A stretch of 63,254 nucleotides of DNA, filler included, from Fonticula-like sp. SCN 57-25 (Eukaryota), in the NCBI GenBank assembly GCA_001724245.1. It is 10 parts of 10 records of this genome, joined end to end, with 100 filler letters (N's around TTAATTAATTAA, not from the genome) between each part and the next. Parts side by side here need not be neighbours in the genome. Positions count along the whole stretch, not along the records: positions 34,624 to 40,287 come from MEDX01000535.1; positions 40,388 to 46,044 come from MEDX01000536.1; 8 more parts are not named here. One strand, given 5' to 3'. The notes under the pieces were generated by a model. That model worked only from the letters and a program-made list of their open reading frames with translations, was not told where the DNA came from and ran no database searches. Positions 36,740-46,144 of this stretch are shown here, one piece after another. The number at the start of each line of letters is the position of its first letter. Position 1 is the stretch's first letter. Position numbers and translations under genes: made by a program.

Positions 36740-36881
36740 ATCCGTCTTTGTCAAGGGGGAAGCCGTAGATCAATGAGAGTCTATCGAGGTCTACGTTGCC
36801 GACAAACCCTATTACACAATTAAACGCCGCGTCGGCCTTGGTTGGCGCGGCAATTTTTGCGGACCCGCAAATAGTCGGGTC
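36740..36881 (+). ncRNA. U4atac-like minor spliceosomal snRNA
   Basis: 5' CCGUCUUUGUCAAGGGGG is complementary to the U6atac segment UCCCCUUGACAAGGAUGG. K-turn stem-loop CGUAGAUC-AAUGA-GAGUCUAUC-GAGGUCUACG; UUGCCGAC stem-I element; 3' hairpin 36826-36851; Sm site AAUUUUUG at 36852-36859; terminal hairpin GACCCG/CGGGUC. Ends approximate. Confidence 0.85.
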
Positions 36882-37158
36882 TCCCTTAAGGTCAAAAGAA
36901 AAGGTATAAAATAGTATTGAAGCAATGCAAGATCACACAAAAAGATGCAAGCGTGGCGTGGAACACTAGCCGGCTAGCACAAAAATGCAGAGTCAACGTA
37001 CAGTCCTGCTTTCCATTCCGCTAATATTTGTTATATAATGTGCATATTTCGTGCCCGTTTTCCCTTGTATAAGGGGGGTTTTGACACCGCGGCCCACCAG
37101 TCCATCGATTGAAAACCAAGTGCCCCTCAAGTGAGTCCGCCCTGTTTGACCGTCAGCC

Positions 37159-38666
37159 ATGCAGGAGGCGGTGGCGCTGTACAACTATACAGCGTCCGAC
37201 GAGGGCGAGCTGTCGTTCAAGGAAGGCCAACACTTTGTTGAAGGTGCGCCATCTTTTAGTCGAGTTGTTTGCGTGCTCATTGGCGTGCGTAGTGGTGCAG
37301 TCCGATGAGGAAGGCTGGTTCGTTGCCAAGTTCAAAGGCAGCATGACGACAGGGCTCATCCCTGCAAACTATATCGAAGAGGTACGCAAAGCACGCGTGA
37401 GTGAATAGAGAATGTACTAATTTGCTTGCCAGGTGAAGGTTGAAGTGGTGCAGGCGCCCCCGAAACCGACAGTGCGCCCCATGACAATTATTGTACGTTG
37501 CGCTAAACCCCCATCTGAAACAGCCTGTTTCATCGGCTCCGGCCATCACTGCCCCGCGGCCCGCGCCGACCGCTGCGGCGCCTGCGACCGCTCAGTCGAC
37601 CCCCAACATTCCGTCGCGGCCAACGAGCCTCGCCGCGCCCAATACCACGCCGTCGATCCCCTCTCGGCCAACCAGCACGGCTACGCCGTCGATCCCATCG
37701 CGCCCAACGAGCACTGCGACTCCCTCGATCCCGTCCCGGCCGACGAGCACCGCCACGCCGTCCGTTCCGTCAAGGCCAACGAGCACGGCCACGCCGTCTA
37801 TTCCCTCGCGGCCAACAAGTATTGTCGCACCCCCGGTGCCATCGTCACGGCCGACCAGTGTCGCTGCACCGCCCGTCCCTGCCGCGAGGCCCACCAGTAC
37901 CGGTGCCCCGCCCGTCCCCGCCGCGAGGCCCACCGGCACCGGCACACTGCCCGTCCCCGCTGCGCGGCCGACAAGCTCAGTCTCGCCGCCTGGCTCGCGG
38001 CCGATCTCTGGCGCCGACCCGACGCCAATCGCCCCTTCTCGGCCCGCGCCGGCCAAGCCGACGCCCGGCGTCCCCGCTCGCCCTGGTGCACCGCAAGCGA
38101 CGCAGCTGCACCTCCCACCTCGCGAGCCTCAGCTTCCGCCGCGCGAGCCTCAGCTGCCACCGCGTGAGCCTCAGCTTCCCCCACGCGAGCCGCTTTTGCC
38201 GCCGCGCGAGCCCCACCTCCCCCCCAGGTCGCCGCCGATGGGCAGCATCGGCGGACCTTCGCTACCCCCGCGCGAGCCGTCGCTGCCGCCACGCGGCGCA
38301 CCGCCGCCGACGCCCGGCCGGCCGACAATGCTGTACGCGGTGGGCGCCGGCGAAGGCGCGCCGGCTGCCGGCGACACGTGGATCGTGCCGCTCGCGCAGC
38401 AAAACTTTTTCAGGACTGATTTCGAGGCACTGGACAAGGAAAAGAATGGTTTCATCGACCCGGCGGCTGCCAAAAAGGCGTTTTCGTTGAGCGGGCTCGA
38501 CAGAAACCGCCTGGCGCACGCGTGGGACCTCAGCGACTTTCAAAAGTCGGGCTACTTTGATGCAGAGTGCTACATCCTGGCCATGTACATCATTCAGCTG
38601 TACAAGCGCGGGCTGCCCGTCCCGGACCGCCTGCCGCCGGACTGGGTGCCGCCTTCATACCGCTAA
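37159..38666 (+). CDS. SH3 - proline-rich repeats - EH domain endocytic adaptor
   Basis: ALYNYTASDEGELSFKEG..EGWF..GLIPANY (SH3); PSIPSRP and LPPREP repeats; WIVP..F..LD..SGL..LAHAWDLSD..LPVPDRLPP (EH); 3 introns. Confidence 0.85.
37640..38290 (+). repeat. Coding tandem repeats: ~36-bp (TPSIPSRPTSTA) and 21-bp (LPPREPQ) units
   Basis: Visible in both the DNA and the translation of ORF 37491..38666. Confidence 0.85.
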
Positions 38667-38833
38667 TCGCACTATTCGCTTCTGTACCAACGCTCCACTT
38701 AATGTCAATATAAAGAGTTTGAATATAGTTTAACGTCTCTAGAGGTAAACACCGCCGCGTCTAATCAATGCACCCGAAACTTGCACGCACACGTGTAAAT
38801 CGTGTCCACGTGGGAAGCGCATCGGGGGTAGCC

Positions 38834-40287
38834 ATGCTTGCGGCAACGAGGATTGCGGCACGCGCGTACGTCTCTCTTTTGTGGGCTGCACTAGAATAGG
38901 AAGGTGTGGTAGGCGTGGTCTGACATGCTTGGGCTTGGTAGGTTTGCGGTGAAGCCGCTCATGGCCGGGTGCATGCGTCCGGCGATGGTACGCTGCGAGT
39001 TGCGATAGTTGGTGGGTCTGACATGTCCTGTAGGTGGCCGGCAGCGGTGCATTCGCGCGTCACTATGCGACGAGCGAGGACCTTGTACGCTCGCTTTTGC
39101 TACCTTATTTTCTGCTTTTGCTGACCGCATTGGCTCTAGGCTCGGATCCAGAACACGCGCAACATTGGTATCTCTGCTCACATTGACTCTGGCAAGACCA
39201 CCTCGACGGAGCGCATTCTGTTCTACACTGGCCGCATTCGCGAGATTCACGAGGTGAAGGGCAAGGACGGCGTTGGCGCCAAGATGGACTCTATGGATCT
39301 TGAGCGCGAGAAGGGCATCACGATTCAGTCTGCGGCGACGTACTGCACCTGGGGCGACATTGGCATTAACATTATTGACACGCCCGGTCACGTCGACTTT
39401 ACCATCGAAGTAGAGCGCGCGCTCCGCGTCCTCGACGGCGCCGTCATGCTTGTGTGCGCCGCCAGCGGCGTTCAGAGCCAGACGAGCACCGTCGATCGCC
39501 AGATGCGCCGCTACAATGTCCCGCGCGTGTGCTTCATCAACAAGGTTGATCGCGCCGGCGCCAACCCCTTCAAGGCGATCGAGCAGATGCGCACCAAGCT
39601 CCACCTGAACTGCGGCGCCATGCAGATTCCGATGGGCCTCGAGGGCGCCTTTGAGGGCGTCATTGACCTGCTGACGCGCGAGGCCGTCTACTTTGACGGC
39701 CCGAGCGGCGAAAAGATCCGCCGCGAAAAGGTTCCCGCCGAGTACGAGGAAGAGATGGAGCGCCGCCGCAGCGAGCTTCTCGAGCGCCTCGCCGAGATCG
39801 ACGACGACGTTGCGCACTACTTTTTGAACGGCGAGGAGATGCCGCTGGCGGAGCTCAAGGCCGTTATCCGCCGCCTCACGATCCAGCTCAAGTTTGCTCC
39901 GGTCTACATGGGCTCTGCCGTCAAGAACAAGGGCGTGCAGCTCATGCTCGACGGCGTCCGCGAGTTCCTCCCGAGCCCCGCCGACGTCAAGAACATGTGC
40001 CTCGACCTGAGCAACAACGAGGCGCCCGTCGAGCTCAAGCCCGACCCGACGCTGCCGTTCTGCGGCCTCGCCTTCAAGCTCGAAGAGGGCCGCTTTGGCC
40101 AGCTGACATACTTGCGCGTGTACCAGGGAAGTATTCGCCGCGGCGACTCGATCGTCAACACAAAGACAAACAAGCGCATCAAGGTGCCGCGTGTTATTCG
40201 CATGCACTCGAACGACATGGAGGAGGTTGAGGAGCTCCGCGCGGGTGAGATTGGCGCGCTTTTCGGCGTTGACTGCAATTCGGGCGA
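38834..40287 (+). CDS. GFM1: Mitochondrial elongation factor G1, 3' truncated
   Basis: Presequence-like N-terminus, [58 protein letters not shown]. Confidence 0.95.
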
Positions 40288-41202
40288 NNNNNNNNNNNNN
40301 NNNNNNNNNNNNNNNNNNNNNNNNNNNNNNNTTAATTAATTAANNNNNNNNNNNNNNNNNNNNNNNNNNNNNNNNNNNNNNNNNNNNTGCGAATATTTTC
40401 GAGAACTAGTTTGTAGGGTCAATAAACGTAGAGTAATACAAATAATCGCTCGGCTTTGTTCCTGTTCCATACTACCGTACCCCTTCTTCCAGGTCCATAC
40501 TGCTATCAATCATGCTGATCGAAAGAGGTGGGGAATCCCCAGCCAACCGCGCATCCTGATTGGACGCGATTACTGAAAACACTCTACGATTGGGTGGCGT
40601 TCCTTCCTCGCTGGACTGTAGTCACTGACCAGTCACTGTATCGTTGCTGTGTGTCCCTCGTTGGGTATCATTGCTGCCCGTCCCTCGTCGATGTCGTCAA
40701 AGGCTGCGGCATGGGCGGCGCTTTTGCTTTCGATGCTTGCGCTGGCGTCTGGACAGGACTCGTGCGAGTACATTTATGACGGCGGCGCAATCGACCTCTC
40801 CGCTCTTGGGTATCAAAATTACCAAGTAATGCAATCAGGCAACTCCTCGCTCTACTTTCGTCCGTGCAACAGGATGACCTACGACGACATCATGCCGGAA
40901 GGAAACCCCTATTGCAATACTATGGCGTATGCGTGCCGGCTTTTGAACAATGTACCGCATGAGACTGTGGGTGAACACATGTCGGGGACGACGGATGGCG
41001 TCACGACAACAGTTAATATCACCCGCGGCGACTACTGCCCTGCATTTGACACGTACCGCACAATGACGATCGAGCTCACTTGCGGCCCCGACATCGGAGC
41101 GCCCGTGTTTGTGTCGGAGATTGGTTGCCACTATTCTGTCTCGTGGCAGTCGTCGGCGGCGTGCCCGCGCACCGCCTTTCCCAAGACGCCGTTCCCTCCG
41201 GG

Positions 41203-44200
41203 TAGGGATGAGTCCCGGGAACTTTTGGAGTCCCGCGGGACGTCCCGCGGGACCGCCCAGATCCGTCATAGTCCCGCGGGACTGCTATGGGTACTATGAG
41301 CCGTATCACCCGTATGATGAGCACTATGATGATGGCCTAATATGGAATACTGTACTGAATATATATGCATACTAGTAACCTACAGATGAATATTGGCTTA
41401 GGTGTGACGTACGTGTTAACGAAAATAGCAGTCCTTACAAGCGTATGGAATTTCACTAGTAGGATAATCATGGTTATATCAATAGAGTATCACGATTCAA
41501 GAAAACTACTTACCGGAGGATAATACAAGAGATGCCTCAGCGAGGCTCAAAGAAAGGCGGTTTCTGAGGCGACCGGTTACAAGACCGGCCGCCGAGAAGA
41601 GCCTTTCGGCGGAAGCTGATGATGCATACATACATAAAAAATGTTGAACAAGACTTCTAATAGTGGGATGTGTAAGTGATGAATTTCGAGACCACCAACA
41701 CAAGGGGTCAAACGCATCCGAGTCGGACATCTCGCGTGATGCCCCAATATGGAGGTAGTCTTCCAAAATGGACGTCGCTCGAGTTGACAGCGACGCTTCC
41801 TGATTAATTGGGGGCTCGTCGTCTCCAAAAAGGTCTCGCCATCGATTCAGCCGAGCGTCTGACAAGTCCCGCTTGCCGGCTGGCAGCGGTCGGAAATCGT
41901 TCTCTCGAGGCGGGGTGGTGCCATTTGAATGGCCCACATCCGTGCTCCGCTCGAGCTCACCGACTAGCAACAGTCGCACCGTGTCCTTGACGTTCTCGAA
42001 GAGGCCACTAACCAGCAGCTTCGGCAGAACCTTGATGTAAAGTGGACACAGCAGTGACGCACACAAATAATGGATCGCGTTGGATGAGGCTGGACTCGAA
42101 CGCCTGCCAGTGTGCGGCTCGTTGAAAATGCGAAGAGAAGTCGCTGCTTCTGGGAAGTAGTGCGCGAGGGCCTCCACCAAGCGTTCTGAAAGGGCGCCGC
42201 AATTGTTGGTCAAGCCGGCGCTCTTGAGGCGGCGCAGGCCGGAAACTAGAATGTGAATTTCCGGGATGACTTCGCCGATGCTTGTTGATGCTCTTGAGAG
42301 GACCGACGTTGATCTTTCCGCGAGCTCCAACACTTGGACAAGGTTCGTTGCGTCCTTGGCGACGGCCTCCCATTCATCATAGACTTTCTTAAAGTCGCGG
42401 CGCATTGTTTCCAGCTGGGGATCCAATCCGTCCGCGTCCGGCCGCGCTGCAACCGCGACGTGCTTAACGAGGTCCTGAAAACTCTGCAGCATATCGCTGA
42501 TTTGAGGCTGGATGAGGCGACGGAGCATAAGTAGAGAACTGTTCCACCGTGTCTGAACGTCTAAAACAAAGCCCAGCACAGGTGCTTGCTTGCCCACCAA
42601 CTTGTACTCCTGAACGAGGCGGAGATAATAGAGTCGCTTGGGACTGACGCGCGCCCAGGCGACAAGTTTTCTTGCCGCATCGATGATTGCCTCGAGCGGA
42701 GGAGAGTAGACATGTTCGGGGCGGTCCAGATCGAGGAGGTCCACGGACGATTGGTCATCCGTTAGCTCAATCTCGACCACGTCGGCATCGAGGTCCAACA
42801 GATCGGACACCTCTTCATCGTCTTCATCGGGGTTCTCCGGGTCCCTCGGGGCTATTGGAACTTCCTTGCCCGACAACGCCAACTTGATGGCGAGCTGTAA
42901 CCGGTGTGCAGCACAATAAAAAAATAGAACGTCTGGCTCGTCGATGCTTTGATCGGAATCCTTCTTTAGAAGGAGCGTAGCCTTTTTGCAGTTGGCCGCG
43001 GAATCGTGCGTAAAGGAAACCGTAGGACGAGGCGCGCCAGCTCGAACCTTGCTAAGACCACGTTCTTTCATGATTGTCTTAAGTTGTAAGGCAATTTCCG
43101 CAGCTGTGTGCGGCGGCGGGCTCAGCCTGAAAGCAAGGACGATCGGGCACAAGGTGAAGAAGGGCGTGACAAATCGAGCTGTGACACCTAGAATAGGCTG
43201 TTGGGCATCCGACGTCCAATGATCGAACGCCAGCGCCATCCCCCGAATGTCGACGGCGTCCGCACACCACCTATTGAGACTGGCATTCGCCGCCTCCCGC
43301 GTCTTGGTCTTGAGGGCCTCCGTTGAGGGTACGTCATACGTCGAATTGAGCAGGGCGAAAACAGGCACAAGATCGTTCACCAAAGTGAAAGGACGGTGCC
43401 CCTTGGCCAACATTTCCACTAGCGCATCTGTGACCGCCGCCTTGCTCGCCTCGTTGAGAATACGAGGGGTATGTTTGACTTGCGTGTCCAACGTCGATTG
43501 TTTCTTCTTGTCACTCGGCTTGGCGTCCGGCGCGGGGCTTGCGGCGGTGATACTGTGGTTATTCCGAAGATGTTTGTTGACCCCGGACGTCGACTCACTG
43601 ATGCCGAGATGAAAGGTAGCTTCGCAGTACTTGCACTTGAAAACATTGACAGTGCTGGTGCCGACGGTATGCCGCCGCCAGTGGCCGTTGCCCTCCGTTC
43701 TAGGGATTTCCTCCGTGGTTCCAGTCCCGGCGGTCAGGAGCCTTGTCCGCGACGTCGGGCTTGACGGGGAGGATAGCGAAAGAGTCGGAGATCCTACCGG
43801 CGATGCGTCTGTAAAACTCAGCCGCCTCAGAGTCGGTTGAACGGCGGCAACTGTCCCGTCTGCCGCCCGGGGTTAGTAGTGGTCTGACGCATTCAAATCA
43901 AAATGCACACCGATTTGAGTCGGCGCAGCCTCAGCAGCGGCGGGGGCGTTCCCAATGATAACCAAATCTGGCTCGTCCACCCCCTCCTGATCCAAATTGA
44001 CGACACCGGCAGAGCGCATCGGCACCGCATCGCGGTAGTTCGAGATTGACGGTGCGGAAGAGCCCGCCTGCCCTCTAGCAATGGTGTCACTGCTGTCATA
44101 CACAAAGTCCACTTTACTGTTTTGAGTCCGCTGCCGCTTCGCCGACGTAGCCATGGCGATGATGGCGTCGATGGCGTCGAAGGCGGTCGACGGCGATTCA

Positions 44201-44352
44201 CGATGGGCCAATCGGCGATCGCCAAAACAAAGACACGTGACTGCTCTTCTCTGATTGGACGTCCCGCCAGTCCCGCGGGACCGTGGGCAGTCCCGCGGGA
44301 CGCGGGTCGGAGTCGGTCCCGCGGGAAATTCGGGTCCCGGGACCAATCCCTA
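41203..44352 (-). mobile_element. Complete hAT (Ac-like) DNA transposon, 3150 bp
   Basis: TIRs TAGGGATGAGTCCCGGGA (41203-41220) and the reverse complement of 44335-44352, TAGGGATTGGTCCCGGGA, match 16/18. Perfect 8-bp TSD CCTCCGGG at 41195-41202 and 44353-44360. Subterminal GTCCCGCGGGA(C) palindromes, three at each end. Confidence 0.97.
41506..44154 (-). CDS. hAT transposase with BED zinc finger (~865 aa; intron 43860-43910)
   Basis: NLS-like KRQR; W..H..CKYC..HLRNNH (BED); FDHWT, THDSAAN, CAAH, TRWNS, ASSASAERLFS (DDE triad and dimerization domain). No stops or frameshifts. Confidence 0.93.
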
Positions 44353-45487
44353 CCTCCGGGCCAAGTGTCGTACCCCATTGACAACAGGTATGATGTGCTC
44401 ATTCGCAGAGCCGAATACGTCTTTTGGCTTGCCAATTCGCCCATTGAATCCATTTTTGTCGACATTGTGACGAGCGACAATGAGCCGGTGCTCAATATGC
44501 ATCACAACATGGAGTGCGCTCCTCGCCTAATGGATGCCTATTTCAATTGTGGCGGCGAGATTATGGGTGGCGGCGAGGACATCGCCGTCGCAATCAACGA
44601 TGTGGCGGCGATCCAGGTGTACGCCAAGCTCGACGGCGGCAGCGAGGGCAGCGAGGTGTATTTGTCGGGCGACATGGACCGAATGCCGACAGCCAACACT
44701 CTTTTCGCCAACATGACCAACGGACTTGGAACGGTCGTTCGCTCCCTATCCGGATATGTTCAAATCCTTGTCGAGCACGCCGAGAACCACTCGGTTCTGT
44801 ACGTGGCCACTAACAGCTCCACGCACGCCTTCCTAGAGATCAAGAATTACGCCCTGCAAAAGGGTCCGGATCCGGTACCGACCGCTCCCGACGGGCTCTC
44901 GCAGGGCGCCATGATTGGCATCATCGTCGCGGCCGTCTCGATCGCGGTCTCTGGCGCCACAGTGGGGATTCTCCTGCTCGTGCAAAGGCACCGCAGGAAA
45001 TCGTACACGCAGCTCGACGGCGGCGAAAACGCGACTATGCAGAATGGCCAAGGCGAGAGCGTGCCCATTCAGCAGTTACAGGGTGAGAGCTCGCCCGTTC
45101 AGCAGAACCTGGACGAAAGTACGCCCATTCGAATGGACCAGGGCGAAACGTATCAGGCGGCGACGAGCACGGTGCCGGCAGACTTTTGAGCCGTTTCTTG
45201 TTGTACATTATGTAGCGTGGATATTGATTTCCACAGTGCTGCAATCTAACCTGGTCAGTATAGTCTACATCCGCATGGCGGCATGGAAGAGAAAGCCTTT
45301 TGGGTTGACAGAGACATAATATTATACTTGTGTTAATACAAAGCAAGGTTTTTGATACTCTTACCCGCAATACTCGGCCAACCGCGCATCCTGATTGGAC
45401 GCAACGATTGCCAATCAACGATTGGGTGACCGTTGATCATCAGCCAATCACCACTCGCGAAGCAAATTGACAGCTCCTGCCGCGACG

Positions 45488-46044
45488 ATGTCGTCTCGTG
45501 CAAAGGCGGCGGCATGGGCGGCGCTCTCGCTCTCGCTGCTTGCGCTGGCGTCTGGGCAGACGTCGTGCGAGTACTTTTTTGATGACGGTGCAGTCGACCT
45601 TTCGGCTCTTGGGACCCAAAATTACCTCATGCAGGCACAGGCACCCTACTCGCTCTACTTTCGCCCGTGCAACACGCTGTCGTACGACGATATCATGCCG
45701 GAGGGAAACGGCTATTGCAGCGATTCGTCGTACGCGTGCCAGCTTAATACCAATGTACCGTCTTCGCTTGTGGGTGACGAAATCTCGGGGTCGACGGATG
45801 GCGTCACGACAACAGTTCACATCGCCGGCGGCAGCTACTGCCCTAAGGTGGACAAGTACCGCCAACTGACGATCAAGTTCACTTGCGGCCCCGACATCGG
45901 AGCGCCCGTTTACGATACGGAGGATGATTGCCACTATATTGCATCGTGGCAGTCGTCGGCGGCGTGCCCGCTCGCCATCGCTCCCGAGACGCCGTTCCCT
46001 CCGGAAGAAGCGTCGGACCCCATCGGCACCGCGTTTGATGTGCT
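45488..46044 (+). CDS. Tandem paralog of the MRH-like membrane protein, uninterrupted, 3' truncated
   Basis: High similarity to 40691-41202 (DLSALG, LYFRPCN, YDDIMPEGN, TDGVTTTV, TCGPDIGAPV, WQSSAACP, TPFPP). Upstream CAACCGCGCATCCTGATTGGACGC is shared (~40544 and ~45379). Confidence 0.85.
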
Positions 46045-46144
46045 NNNNNNNNNNNNNNNNNNNNNNNNNNNNNNNNNNNNNNNNNNNNTTAATTAATTAA
46101 NNNNNNNNNNNNNNNNNNNNNNNNNNNNNNNNNNNNNNNNNNNN

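Larger units (their letters stand above)
40691..45189 (+). pseudogene. MRH (mannose-6-phosphate receptor homology)-like type I membrane protein interrupted by a hAT element
   Basis: Signal peptide, Cys-spaced MRH-like domain (DLSAL..YFRPC..GDYC..R..I..TC..CHY..W.S.AACP), TM segment and cytoplasmic YTQL. Joining 40691-41202 to 44361-45189 restores a 446-aa ORF (..PFPPGQVSY..). Confidence 0.8.

Noticed and set aside
41230-44326. Palindromic repeats as a CRISPR-like array
   Set aside because: Only 12 bp, irregularly spaced and confined to transposon ends; explained as hAT subterminal repeats.
44122-45189. 355-aa ORF as an independent gene
   Set aside because: Its N-terminus reads through the transposon end; the real coding part is the 3' half of the interrupted MRH-like gene.
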